The notes under the pieces are model-generated. The model did no database searches. It had not been told where the DNA came from and worked only from the letters and a program-made list of their open reading frames with translations. The translations under genes and the position numbers were made by a program. A stretch of DNA of 63,266 nt, counting the filler, from Globobulimina sp. (taxonomy: Eukaryota): assembly GCA_003354225.1 (NCBI GenBank). It is 15 parts of 15 records of this genome, joined end to end, with 100 filler letters (N's around TTAATTAATTAA, not from the genome) between each part and the next. Parts side by side here need not be neighbours in the genome. Positions count along the whole stretch, not along the records: positions 1 to 4,133 come from PIVH01001572.1; positions 4,234 to 8,366 come from PIVH01001573.1; positions 8,467 to 12,596 come from PIVH01001574.1; 12 more parts are not named here. One strand, written 5' to 3'. The stretch's first letter is position 1. The number at the start of each line of letters is the position of its first letter. This document shows positions 1-12,512 of the stretch, piece after piece.

Positions 1-3000
1 AAGTCCCAGTCAATGTAACTGGCGAATTTGGATGTAATTACAAAGAAAGTCCATTAACGATATGTGGATTAGACACCGTAGGTTCTCAGTGGTGGTTAGA
101 CGGCGATTATGTACGTCAAATGAATGCGAGTTATAATGATCATTCTATTTGGAAAAAAGAAGGTTTTTATTTGCGGGATTATTATATATTTCTGCATACT
201 GCAAATCGTTCGGATGAGTGGTATTGGGCAATTACCACTGATCCGACATTGCAAAATGATGCGTACATTGCTGCGTATTGTGCACAAATGAATAGCAGTG
301 ATCCATCGAATTGCAACCAATGGAATACGCGTATTCGTGTTAGCGAAGGCTATGCCTTTGTGCCTTATAAAAATCTCACCATTTCTGCGGAAGCGTGCAG
401 TATGAATGATAGCTATATTTGTGTGGCATCCACCCAATCATCATTAGGTTTGTGTATATTCGTTAAATGAGCAAAAATAAATATACATTCATTGTATTTT
501 GTATACAATATGACGCGAACTAGTTATTTGCACTTTGTTTCATGTGATTTGCATGTTTTTTTTTGCATATTGTACGTCAGAAAATGTATATTGATTGAAC
601 AGTGACAAATGTTTTTCGGTTTTTGTTCAAATTTTTGTGAGTTATTTGATCAATTATAACCAATATATTTTATGTTAATTAATTTAAATTTAAGCTGGCT
701 TGGATGGAACGTATCGTTTATTCCACAACAAAGTACCATTATGGTTCCGAGAGATCACAGACTGTGACAGCACCCCCGGCGTATTACGGTTAGTCTACGA
801 CACAACGAATTACTTTCAATTATACGATTCCATCGATAAATGGACCATTGCCCAATGCGAGGATATAAACGACAATCTAACTGTGGCCGAATACAAAATG
901 AACCCACAATTATGCGGCAATTGGACGACATTATTGGACAATACATTGGATAGAGACGAACTAATTATTGATGGCACATTCATTATAAATCCAGATCAAT
1001 GCGTAGCAGAAACATGTATTATCAATGAAGCACCGGCGGACAGTTTATGTCTATCAAAAAATTCCATTTTACACTCATTTTTGGAAGGGACCTATGTTCA
1101 AACTGGTGTTGTTGGACCAAAATACAAATCAGTGGAGTATGTGAAACAAGACCCGATATATTATAATGGTACCGTTGTGCCATCGTATTTGCTGTATTTC
1201 GGTGAATTTGATGAGAATCGTAAATGGTGGATATTATCTCCACGAAATATGAGTCAATACATTTCAATATTTAATCAAAATTTATATATCGTAGCATATT
1301 ATGGAGCGCTCCATTGTTCGTTGATGAATGTGGTGAGTTGCCAGGCTCCGTGGAATTTTTATTGGGGCGTCACAGAATCGACACATTCCGACAGTTTATT
1401 TCAAATCGCTCAAGGTATATTTTCTGAAAATTAATTATTTTTTCCTCCATTTATATTGAAAAACAGATCATTGTCCACCAACCACTACCGCGGCACCACC
1501 AGAATACGGAGAGGAATATGATTATATTTGCATTGATGTCGATGACACGGATGCTTTTGAAGCAAAATCAACATTGAATCTAAAACTATTAATCGGTGGG
1601 TATCAAATAAACAGAGACAACGCATCCATTCCATATTGGACCAAACCAGTCAATGATTACACCGATGATGAGACCTACATTCGTTATGACCCTGTCTTTG
1701 GAAATTGGAAAATAAACACATTAACCGCACCATTTAGTATCTGTATGACTGACGCTTTATATCCACAAGAATGTGTATGGTATGATACCGTGGATGGATC
1801 CACATTGAAAAATGTTATGTCACTCCGTGTGAATAACTGTTCCTCCGATGATGTACTACGCAGATCCTGTTCCGCGTTACATTCATGGTTGCAATTATCG
1901 GGTGAAATGGATGAAACTGTGTCCTCTGCACATACCTTATTTGCACCATATAGATATCGTACAAAACCAACTGAGATTATACTGTTAGAATTAAATGATA
2001 ATCCCTGTGATGTTAATGGTATCAGCACAGATATTGCCGGCAAAATGGTATTCTATAAAATATATCTCGTGATTGGTTGACAAAAAAAATATCAACTTGC
2101 CATGAAATTTTTTATTTGTTTTTTGATTGGTTACAAAAATTATTTTTTTCTACGTATACGCAAAGGTATTATTATTTACGGTGGACTTGGATTGGTATAA
2201 TGATGGCTGCAGTGATCATTATCAATTATATGTAATGGAGCAAAATAACGCGTCATCCGCCATTATATCCAGCCGTGATAACACATTAAGTAACATCCGC
2301 GACGATGATTCATTATATTATACCACCTCTATTCCGATGCGAGGTATACAGCTGGACAAAGCCATTGAAATACGTCAAAAAATCGCCAATGGCCACACCG
2401 TATACGGTACATTTGATTGCAACGATTCCTATCGATATCCCATAGAAATCTGTGCCTCTCAAATCAGCCTCGAAATGTATGGCAATTTCCAATACCAAGC
2501 TCATAAAAAGTATAACCACCATCCGGTATGGATACGTAATGGTTATTCCGTGTATACCCAATATCAAAATGTATACTTATACTTACACACCGCGGACGGC
2601 GATAACGCCTGGTTTTGGGCCATGAATAGCGGCAAAATCAATGACGATGCATATATGATTGCATATTGCAACGATACTGCGACCACTACAGAACCCACAC
2701 TATGCGACACCTGGATCCATAGCGATGGCATCACGGACCTGAGCAACATGACATTGTCCGCACAGCTATGCAATGTCAGTGACAATTTCTTTTGTATCTC
2801 ATCCACGCAATCATCGTTAGCCGGGCTGTCCGGTACTTATCGCATGTATTACGAGGAAGAAGCTGTATGGTTTCGTGAATGGGACGATTGCGATCTGGCT
2901 CCCGCTGTATTCATGTACGACAATTCTTATTTTTTGCTGATGGACCCTATGGACGACTGGGTCATTGCCAGTTGTTTTATGGGCGATTTGTATGATTATA

Positions 3001-4133
3001 ACCGGTACCATTCGCACGAGGATGAGTTCAAATTTCGGCCCGATTTATGCACGGATTGGTATACATTGATTGATAGCAGTTTGGATGATGAGTTATTGTG
3101 GGATGAGACGCTGCAAATTGCATTGAATAGTGAGTGTGGACAGGAATGCGTTTATGAGGATGTGGTGGCGGAATTGCTGTGTCTGGATAAGAGCGCGGTG
3201 ATGCACTCGTTTTTGGAGGGGGAGTATAGTGCGAATGGAGTGGTTGGTGATAGGTACGGTACGTTGGAGTATGAGCATCGTATTGTGTATGGCGACATTG
3301 ATGTGAATATTTATTTGTGGTTTTATGGCGAGATCAGCGATAAATATAATTGGTGGATCATCGCGGCGCATAATATGAGTGTGGGAGATGCGCAAAATTA
3401 CTCATTGGTGTATGGGTATAATGCGTGTTCGACGCAGAATGTGTTGCATTGTAATGGGAAATGGAACTTTTATTGGGGCGGAATGGAAGGACAAGGCTCA
3501 TGGCACAATGATAATACATTTAGATTACTGTCCGGAGAGTGTCATGTGAATGAAACGAAGGCGTTGTCGTATGATGAGAAATATGATTATTTGTGCATTG
3601 ATGTGGAAGATGAGGGCTATAATCGATCGAATGTGTTACGTGGCGGGTATAAAATCACTAAAATACATGAGATCCATGAGATATTTGCAGATATATATCC
3701 GATTTGGGTGAAACCGGTGAATGATTATACAAACGATGAGATTTATGTTTATTATGATGAATTTTATGGATATTGGCAGATTGGAAAAAGTGAAGGTTGG
3801 CCGATTATTATTTGCCATAATACCAACACGCCGTACCCCGAAAAGTGTGAAAAATGGTACGATTTGTATTCAAATTCGATGCAAAATCGGATAAATATTC
3901 GGGTGGATGACTGTTCATCGTCAGATATGTTGGAAAAGACAGAGGAGAAAAAGTATGGCGTTGGCATTGGCATTGCGGTGATTGTTGTGGTGTTTGTGGT
4001 GGCTCTCTGTGGCATTGGTTGGTATTTTTATGATAAGAAATGCAAAAAGAAAGCGTATGACACATTTGATTCAGGCGACAGTGGCCATGGTGACCTCGAT
4101 GGCAATGTGTACGATGGGAATAATACGGAAATG
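1..4133 (+). CDS. Large Cys/Trp/Tyr-rich type I membrane protein with internal tandem duplication and a PA (protease-associated)-like domain; partial at both ends
   Basis: ORFs 120-470, 700-1434, 1574-2080 and 2127-4133 join in frame via GT-AG introns 448-694, 1415-1466 and 2048-2165. Blocks repeat (YICVASTQSSLAGLDGTYR vs FFCISSTQSSLAGLSGTYR; YDYICIDVDD vs YDYLCIDVED; PYWTKPVNDYTDDE vs PIWVKPVNDYTNDE). PA-like segment IAGKMVLL..GCSDHYQLYVMEQNNASSAII..IPMRGI. C-terminal TM helix GVGIGIAVIVVVFVVALCGIGWYFY followed by a basic stop-transfer run. Confidence 0.75.
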
Positions 4134-4233
4134 NNNNNNNNNNNNNNNNNNNNNNNNNNNNNNNNNNNNNNNNNNNNTTAATTAATTAANNNNNNNNNNN
4201 NNNNNNNNNNNNNNNNNNNNNNNNNNNNNNNNN
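4134..4233. other. Artificial contig spacer N44-TTAATTAATTAA-N44 (stops in all six frames); first of 14
   Basis: Identical 100-nt spacers also at 8367, 12597, 16826, 21054, 25280, 29506, 33730, 37953, 42174, 46394, 50613, 54831 and 59049. Intervening contig lengths fall from 4133 to 4118 nt. Confidence 0.99.
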
Positions 4234-4662
4234 TTTATAAAAAAGATGAAAAAATAAAACAACAGCAAGAGCAATTGATTAAACAAAGAAAAAGAATTCA
4301 AAGAATGAGCAACCAAATTGCAATATTACGGAAATCAAATAATTTGTTGGTCCAAGCGATAAATGGATCATGATTTAATTTGACTTGTTTTATATATCCT
4401 TGCACTGTCAGATACTGTACGATTTAGATTTTCTCCCTTACAGAGCATGTATGACAAAAAGAATTTTACCAATGGTACAATATATGACGCAGAATGTCTC
4501 CATCTGCAACAAGTTTGTTTTGCTAAAAGTTCAAAAATGAAACGTAACCAGAACTAAGCAACAATAAAATTAAATCTATTTCTTCTTTAACACATGAGAC
4601 AAGAATGAGATATTACAAAACAAAAAAAAAAAACAAATAAACTTTCACACGTTTTGACGGAT

Positions 4663-4920
4663 TCACATTTTATTTTGTTGCATTAACACCAAATGCTCTA
4701 GTAGCCTTATCCTGACGGAAATTCTTTTGCGCCATTGTCTAGTTGTCATTTTCAACCGTACGCGTCTATTTCCCTTGTTTCGCCATTGTCGACGTCTGGA
4801 TCGCATTCTATTTCCTATTTTTCGCCATTCATCAACAGTACGTTGTAAATGGAGTCTTTCATGATCACATCTTCGACAACTACATCTTCGACACTGCCTA
4901 TTCGGCTTCCGTACACCCAT
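4663..4920 (-). CDS. Small Arg-rich hypothetical protein (85 aa)
   Basis: ATG-started ORF, higher GC than its flanks, with a CRRCSCRRCDH cluster. No recognisable family. Confidence 0.3.
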   Translation of the reverse strand: MGVRKPNRQCRRCSCRRCDHERLHLQRTVDEWRKIGNRMRSRRRQWRNKGNRRVRLKMTTRQWRKRISVRIRLLEHLVLMQQNKM

Positions 4921-5567
4921 TGTCAGTTTTCTTTAAGAAACTGAAAAACTTTGCAAACCTAACATTTTGGCATGAATTTAATCAAAGCAATATATTCATA
5001 CGCTTATTATTATGACGCATTACCAATTGATCACAAAAAGAAATTTTATAATTCAAGTTTAGATATCACACCTTATTGCGGCATCAGTCATAACGACCAG
5101 CCTTCATCAAAAAGACAATATTTAATAAACCATGGTTTACGTAAAAAATATTTGAAAATGGAAATTAAAATGTCTATAGACGAAGATATCAGTGAATTAT
5201 CAATCGCAGCATTTAAAGGTGCATTGGTCTGCGTATTTTATACAATGATCCCGTTATTATACCTTTTAGTATGTCATTGATTATATAAATTCCTAGATCG
5301 AAAGATTATATATATATATATAGAGGTATAAATTCCCAGATCAAAAGATATTAAAGAAAATTCTCAAAATAAGAAAAGCACCAAAAGCTTTTATAAGTGA
5401 CAATAATACTTATCATAAATTATTACAAAAACAACTCTGTAATGCACAAAACAATAATTATAAACCATGTCGTGGTCAATCAAAACAAACTGTGATACCT
5501 AGATTCCACCCATATAATAATAATAATAATAATAATAATATCCAAATACCATCGCGTTTATTTTCGT

Positions 5568-7643
5568 ATGATATTGCGTTATTATATGATGCACAATTTA
5601 ATTTCAATGACCTACAGTCTATGCAACAGTTACAGTGTTTCTAAATATTTTAAATCAATATTTCTAGAAACATTATTTTTAAATTTCAGGTGTGAAAAAT
5701 CCGCTATTTTGAGTTCATTTAATTTCAAATTAATGAAATTATGTTCAATATGTGACTGGAAAACAGATGTTAATAATATCTGCTCGTTTTGTGAGGAAAA
5801 ATACCAATCCCATCAGAAATCTCATTATTGTGTTGCCGGTTATTATGGTTTCCATAAAAACCATATAATATCACATAAACTATATGCAAATGAATGCGAT
5901 CCAACCAATTTTTGTGCAAAATGTATTAATAAATTCTTGAGATGGAATTCTACAAATTTTGAATTATTGTATGAGATGAAAGGAAAAGTATTGTCAATTG
6001 CAGAAAATAAAGAAATATATCCATCCATTATAGTGGAAAGTATTGTATATGTAACAAATGATTCGTATCTTATCGCAATACCAATATTTAGGAATAATAA
6101 TCTTTCGCTATGTAATGAATATCTTCAAGCAGCAATCATTAAATGGTATAGCACTCAAAAAGATGAATTGTTACCTGCACCAATGCAACCAATGAAAAAT
6201 CCAATGCAACCAAAAGAGAATGTTGGTTTAAAATTATATGATTGGTATGGGAGAACGTGTGAGCATCTCGATGTGATTGATATTTTAAATCCATGTAATA
6301 AAAAAATCATTGATATTCAAAATAAGAGAGTGACCAATGATATAAAAAAAATCTGTATTGCTAAAGCCTATAAAGACAAACAACGAGTGGATGATAATAA
6401 AGAGTATGTTCCTGGTTCGGTTGTTAATCAATATGTACCTGAATATGCATTCAGTGAATTTATAAGAAATCGAAATTTATTCTCCGACGCAGCAAAAAAA
6501 GCATGTAATGATGGCTATGATATTATCAATGTGATTGAAAAATATTTGAAAGATTTACAAATTGACAAACGTGGAAAAAGATTTTTGGCACCGTCTTCTT
6601 ATGGATACAATTCAGCTAAAATGTTGGATGACAATGTAGTTGACGTGGCACCAACAAGGATAGCTCCACAAATGATATGGACATATAAGGGTGCAGAAAT
6701 TATATATATGATGCAGTTAACGGTTTTACGGATTTTGATGTGTCGATATTATCCCTTATGTGGCGATTATGACAGTTTAATGCATATGTTTTATTGGGGG
6801 TCGGAACTGAATGGTCATAGAGATTGGGAACCATTTTGTTATAAAGCAAAGCGTCATGTAAAAGATTGGCGCAAACATGGAAAGTTTGAACATTCTACAT
6901 TGTGTTTACAAGTTGCACGCATTGGGCCTGGGAAAAAGATTTATACGTATGGCCCATCATCAGGGAAAAGGATTTTTGGAATCGAAAATACAGCATTAAA
7001 TATCGAACAATTAGATAATTCAGGCACATTCTTTTATGGACAACAATATTGTACTGATATGCATGGCAGCACAACTAATTCAAACACAATTGCTACTATT
7101 ACCGCTGCGAGATCGTATATGGACCCCTATTATTGTTATTACAAAGATTCAGTGGCAACCAAAAGTGTACTCTGCATAATTCGTTCATTAATGGATAAAA
7201 TAGCAATGGATAGATGTAATATGTTACAATTAATTGATCTATTATATGATTATTTAGTAAAGAATGATGATGAGGATAATGAAACTTTTGAAACATTTTG
7301 GAATGATGAGTTTGATACAGAAACTGCGAATTTTAATAAAGTTCATATTCAGAGTTGGATCGACATTGCAATTAAATTGCGATATGTGCAAAGATTGAAA
7401 TATGCGACCATTGGGTTTTGTGAAGAGAAAAATTATACTATGAATATTTTGCGCAAATTAAAATCACAAATGTATTTTTGGGAAGCAATCGATGCAGAAA
7501 CATTTGTTCAATCCATTTTATTTTTTAGAGATAGTAAATTATTTGTTTTACAAATGAAACATCAATTTCGAAATTGCACAAAATATATTGATTACATGTT
7601 GCATAAAACGTTGCAATGGCTAATTGCAAGATATTACAAGTAA
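5568..7643 (+). CDS. Hypothetical protein: N-terminal Cys/His Zn-binding cluster plus putative 2OG-Fe(II) dioxygenase (AlkB/TET-JBP-like) domain
   Basis: 691-codon uninterrupted ORF; real start possibly MKLCSIC near 5733. CxxC pairs CSIC, CSFC and CAKC. Motif order FYWGSELNGHRD (HxD) ... GTFFYGQQYCTDMHG (distal His) ... ITAAR fits the double-stranded beta-helix facial triad. Confidence 0.5.
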   Translation: MILRYYMMHNLISMTYSLCNSYSVSKYFKSIFLETLFLNFRCEKSAILSSFNFKLMKLCSICDWKTDVNNICSFCEEKYQSHQKSHYCVAGYYGFHKNHIISHKLYANECDPTNFCAKCINKFLRWNSTNFELLYEMKGKVLSIAENKEIYPSIIVESIVYVTNDSYLIAIPIFRNNNLSLCNEYLQAAIIKWYSTQKDELLPAPMQPMKNPMQPKENVGLKLYDWYGRTCEHLDVIDILNPCNKKIIDIQNKRVTNDIKKICIAKAYKDKQRVDDNKEYVPGSVVNQYVPEYAFSEFIRNRNLFSDAAKKACNDGYDIINVIEKYLKDLQIDKRGKRFLAPSSYGYNSAKMLDDNVVDVAPTRIAPQMIWTYKGAEIIYMMQLTVLRILMCRYYPLCGDYDSLMHMFYWGSELNGHRDWEPFCYKAKRHVKDWRKHGKFEHSTLCLQVARIGPGKKIYTYGPSSGKRIFGIENTALNIEQLDNSGTFFYGQQYCTDMHGSTTNSNTIATITAARSYMDPYYCYYKDSVATKSVLCIIRSLMDKIAMDRCNMLQLIDLLYDYLVKNDDEDNETFETFWNDEFDTETANFNKVHIQSWIDIAIKLRYVQRLKYATIGFCEEKNYTMNILRKLKSQMYFWEAIDAETFVQSILFFRDSKLFVLQMKHQFRNCTKYIDYMLHKTLQWLIARYYK

Positions 7644-7648
7644 TTTTA

Positions 7649-8176
7649 TTATAATTTAACTTTTGAACATGATTTATTTTTGTAATGTCTATTTAGATTG
7701 CTTTTGCGCTTAAATTGTCGTAAACATTTATGACATTGATATGGCTTTTCTCCAGTATGCATCCGAGTATGATTTCTTAAATAATCAGATCTTGCAAACA
7801 TTTTGTCACAATAGTCACATTTAAATGGTTTCGCTTGAGTATGTATTTTCATATGTCTTGATAGGATTGCATTTGTTGTAAATTTACATTTACATACTAC
7901 ACAACGCTTTTGATTGTCAATTCTTTTTTGTAAATTTGAATTTTGATTTTGTAAAAATACAATAGTTTCTTGCAATGTTTGAGTTTCTTTTTTTGTGATC
8001 ATTTCTATATGATTTTGGTGGTCGATTGTTTTTTTATGCAATGCGATAATTTCATTTTGACTCTCAATGATAGCCATAGTTCTTTTTTTATCATGTTTTA
8101 ATGTGTTGATTAAAGTTTTATGCTTTTTATTTCTACATTTTCTGCGAGATCTGGTAGTAATTGGAAGATGTAGCAT
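7649..8176 (-). CDS. C2H2 zinc-finger protein (3 Kruppel-type fingers) with N-terminal coiled coil
   Basis: CVVCKCKFTTNAILSRHMKIH, CDYCDKMFARSDYLRNHTRMH, a TGEKPY linker, then CHKCLRQFKRKSNLNRH. Confidence 0.9.
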   Translation of the reverse strand: MLHLPITTRSRRKCRNKKHKTLINTLKHDKKRTMAIIESQNEIIALHKKTIDHQNHIEMITKKETQTLQETIVFLQNQNSNLQKRIDNQKRCVVCKCKFTTNAILSRHMKIHTQAKPFKCDYCDKMFARSDYLRNHTRMHTGEKPYQCHKCLRQFKRKSNLNRHYKNKSCSKVKL

Positions 8177-8466
8177 ATTAAATTTTTAAGAGATGAGCAG
8201 GATGAGCAGGCTCATATGTTAGAATTAAGTTTAAAACTTTATAGTAAAAAGATAAATTAGACTTGATGTTCAAGAATACTAACAACAACAAAAACAAAAA
8301 CCTTTTTTCAGATTTAAACATTTAAAGCATGGCATCCAATCCAAGTCAAGCCACAGCCAAGTTAGTNNNNNNNNNNNNNNNNNNNNNNNNNNNNNNNNNN
8401 NNNNNNNNNNTTAATTAATTAANNNNNNNNNNNNNNNNNNNNNNNNNNNNNNNNNNNNNNNNNNNN

Positions 8467-9640
8467 GCAAATCTTCGAGTTGTGTGAGCAAACCCAATGC
8501 CAAACCAATCACTCCACGCAAACCACCGACACATAGAATTACCCCATCTTTGACACTAATGTGATAGCCTGTTTTCTGGATTGGATACCATAATATCGCT
8601 AAAGATATGAGCCTTGATATATGGATAAAGATGTAAATCATAAATAGATACAGTATATCCTGTGCATCAATGCCTCCTTCCATCACTCCGTCGACAATAA
8701 TCATTCCACCAAATACGAAAATGAGCGTAGTTGCTATAAAGCCCAGTATCTGCCAAACGTGATGCAGAGACGACTCGATCTGCGGGGAAATGACGAGCTT
8801 GTGTTTGGACAGTACGAGTCCCAGGAATACGCATGCTAAGATCCCCGAAGCTTCAAATTCTATTTCAGCCAAAAAGAAACATAAATAACAGGCAAAGACA
8901 GTGATAGTAATTTCAATTTGATCGTCATTGAAAATTATTTTGAGCCAGCCAGCTATGGCATAGCCAAAAATTATTCCAGTGAGACATCCGACAAATGCTA
9001 ATTGAAAAAACGATGTAATCACACCGCCAACGCCAACCTCTTCACCAACAACAAATTTCAGCGCAATTACCCATAAAACATATGCAGTGCCGTCATTCAA
9101 CAAAGATTCTGCTTCGATCAATGTGGCCAATCGTTTGGATGCTCCTATTTCTCTGAGGAGACAGACCACTGCCACCGGATCTGTGGCAGAAATAATTGCT
9201 CCAAATAATAGAGATTGGGCAAACCCCCAATTATATGGAAATAAGTATTGCACGAAAACTCCGATTAATGAGCCATTGATCAGCACGCCAGGTCCCGCTA
9301 ATAATAATGCTTGGCCGAATTCCCTTGAAACTGTGTGGAAGTTGACACTGAAGGCAGATTCGAAAATTAATGCTGGGATAAAGGCACCTAATAACAAATG
9401 GGGATCGATGGACTTGACTCCTTGGATGGCGTCACCTAATCGCCCCAATTTATCTTCTACCACTCCGAGGATTAAACCTATGATTAATAAGATCACCGTG
9501 AAAGGGATTGGGAGTTTAAGAAAGCGTCTTTGTATAAATCTTGTCAGTGCTCCGATAAATAAACTGACTGCCACCAATCGAATGGCTCCAATAAAGTCAG
9601 ATTCTCCATTCGCTTCATGATCACTCATCGCGTATTGCAA
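8467..9640 (-). CDS. Na+/H+ antiporter, CPA1 family (SOS1/SLC9C-like); C-terminus cut by contig end
   Basis: Motifs IPALIFESAF, LLLAGPGV, SATDPVAVV, ESLLNDGTA, SGILA and GGLRG; many TM helices. Confidence 0.93.
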
Positions 9641-10082
9641 ACTACAGTAAAGAATAAAATTAAATTATGAGTGTCTGATGTCTATAAATATATAATTATA
9701 ATGATTGTATTGCTGTTCATCATAATTCATAAATAAATTATTAATGATTGTAAGATGTGATCATATATTATTTCTTTTCGTATATATATCTTCAAAACAC
9801 TAAGAAATCAATTCGATTTGTGTATGATATTAAATTCCAATAAGTAATTGATTTTATATTGCAAAATATATATATTGATTCGTGATGATATTGGATCAAT
9901 GATCACGGTATATATATAGACCATCAATAATGTGAAATTAGTTTACTATTAAAGTATCATAATTTTGTTTACATGAAGCCATTAAGCGTTTTTTTCTTCT
10001 GAGTGTGTGGACAGACTCAACTCCAAAACACACACACATATTTTAGATAAAGAAGTTTTATAATCGTTTTATTTTACTTTTA

Positions 10083-11705
10083 TTATTTTTCTGTCATTTT
10101 CTGTGTGATGATATTTTGTATATCTCTCAATTGGTCGTGAATTAATAACTGTTTTGTAGAGTCATTCAAATCTGTGGCATATCTCAATGCATTATTAAAT
10201 ATCAACTGTGCCTCATTCAATCTATCCTGTTCAATCAATGATTGTCCGATCACATACAATACGCTACATTTCATTTCAATCATCTGCTCCAATGAAGATA
10301 CACCAGAAACAGTTGAATTTGCAATCATTTGCTGTTTCTGTTGTTGTGATTGTATTTCCTGTTCATATCTTACCTCTTCTTCAGTTTTTCCACCACCAGT
10401 CCGCAGCAAATTATTTTTTACTTTATTTTTTAGCGTATTCTTAATTCCTCCCTCCATTATTCTGTTCCTTTTCTTATTGCTATCATCCAAACTGTATTGT
10501 TGTGCTGACGATGAATATTTATTTGTTCCGGATTCTATAATTCGCAAAGCATTCCGGGCAGATATTTCTGCAATTTGCCATTGTCTTAATTCCATTTCAC
10601 AGCAGGCGCGGCCTAACAACATATGTGCAATTTGTATATGATTCTCACCTAACAATGTTTTTGCCCCTTTTATTGCTTTATTCGTATATTCAACACTTTC
10701 CTTCCATTTGTCTTGTTTTCTAAGTAAAACAGCCATTTGTTGACAAATTGGTGCATATTCATTATGATTATCACTATTTTCACTGTTTATTACTTTTAAC
10801 GCTCTCTCTAAAAACAATAAACTCATTTGATTTTGTCCTAAATTCATATAACAATCACTTATTTGTCTACATGGCATAATTAATTCACTAGATTTATATC
10901 CAAATTCTTGAGTTAATGCTTTTACGACAATCAAATAATTATCTATCGCGGATTGATATTTATGTAATAAATAACATATTTTACCCAATTGAACATGTAA
11001 TGCAACAATCTGTGCGTCATAAAATATCTTTTCCTGCTCATCCTCCTTTGTTTCTGGGTTAATATTACTCAAATATCCACCGCCCAAATCCTCCAATGCT
11101 TTCCGACAATGCGTTTCTGCCTCGGACAAATGATACGTTCTTAAATCGACGTCATTTGCAGTCAATGCGTGTTCAATATGAGCTCTTACGGAGTATATTT
11201 CAGTTAATGTATGATCATCATAATTATCACGTTTTTTGCGGTATAATGTCCAACACCATGCTGTAACCATTGCTATTAAACCCATCACAATTCCATCACG
11301 GAATAACCGTTTACCAGATTCTGGCGGCTCTGGGATATGTTCATGCTATTTTATTGATTGTAAGGTATTATTATATGTTTTTGTGTGTTTTGTTGAAATT
11401 TCTATCAATTTCTCAACTTCATCTGGGACAAATTCCGGTGGTCTGGGTTCTGTTGTAGCGCCTGATCCTGTTGCTATATTACCAACTTCTTCTTGTATTG
11501 GTGTTTTTATTTCAGGCGTTTCCCTTTTGTTGGAAGATGAACAGGTCCGAACGAAATGCGATGTATACACATTGTTTTTACTATATATTTGCACCAGATG
11601 TTGTCTGGGACAAATTATAGACTGGTGGTAGTTTCTTATGCTGTTAGACTGTGCGTAACAATGCCATAGTTGTTTGGAACGCAACGCCGAACGTTTTAAA
11701 AACAT
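10083..11705 (-). CDS. TPR-repeat protein with probable mitochondrial presequence and one TM helix
   Basis: Two ORFs joined by an intron at about 11346-11417 (PDE|HEHIPEPP). Arg/Ser-rich N-terminus, hydrophobic GIVMGLIAMVTAW, and kinesin-light-chain-like TPRs (ALHVQLGKICY.., KTLLGENHIQIAH..). Confidence 0.75.
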
Positions 11706-11783
11706 GACATGAGCAGACAAGACAAATAAAAGGTTACAGTAAAAACCTTGTTAATCATGTCTTAGAACTAGAGAGACAAAAAC

Positions 11784-12512
11784 ATGTCACAAAACAGAAG
11801 AGATCGAGGTAGCTTTTTCAAAAAATGCTGTGAGCCATGTGGCACCAACACATGTGGGACAAGTATCATATTTTTGGGATTTGTAGCTTTTTATGTATTA
11901 TCTTTTTTATGGGATGTATTTGTAATTCGTGGCGGATATTTATCATTATCAATAGCCCAGATGCCAAATTGTGTCAATCGCAGTGGATTTGAGGGCATAT
12001 CATCAACATTAGTATTGGTATTATTATTTATCGCCTGTTTTCATGCAATATCATTAGTTTGGATAATAGGTTTTGTACATTCCAAGCAATTATCAAATGA
12101 TTGTTTAGGGGCAGAATTGATCGATGTACCGACAGAATGGCCGCAAATATGTGGTCGCAAATGTGAGTGGGCCATTTGCGTTCCATTCACATGTTTCGAT
12201 ATGTTAATGATTATACAATTCGGTTTATCCTTATATGTCTATCTATTCTTGCAACAATTAATCGAGGATGAACCTGAAGAATATGTGGATAAATTTTGTG
12301 TCGGATATGAAGAAACTGAAGAAGCCTACGAATGGATGCAAATATCTTTGATGTTTTTCATGGGCACCATTCTTATGGGCTGTGTTTATTGCTGTTTAAT
12401 ACGTGTTGCTACCAATGATATTTCCATCACTCAAGCCGGACAACAACGATTTATGCCTAATGACAATAATGAAAATCGAAGGAATCAAAATAGAAGAAAT
12501 CAACAAGAATAA
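11784..12512 (+). CDS. Hypothetical 4-TM Cys-rich membrane protein
   Basis: 242-aa ATG ORF with four hydrophobic segments; divergent from the TPR gene. Confidence 0.7.
   Translation: MSQNRRDRGSFFKKCCEPCGTNTCGTSIIFLGFVAFYVLSFLWDVFVIRGGYLSLSIAQMPNCVNRSGFEGISSTLVLVLLFIACFHAISLVWIIGFVHSKQLSNDCLGAELIDVPTEWPQICGRKCEWAICVPFTCFDMLMIIQFGLSLYVYLFLQQLIEDEPEEYVDKFCVGYEETEEAYEWMQISLMFFMGTILMGCVYCCLIRVATNDISITQAGQQRFMPNDNNENRRNQNRRNQQE

Noticed and set aside
4134-4233. Regularly spaced TTAATTAATTAA palindrome as a biological repeat or recombination site
   Set aside because: It is always embedded in identical N runs and is an artificial six-frame-stop joiner.
9087-9620. Long antisense ORFs (also 10174-10641, 31111-31596, 41244-41624 and others)
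   Set aside because: They are shadows of well-supported genes on the opposite strand and carry no motifs of their own.
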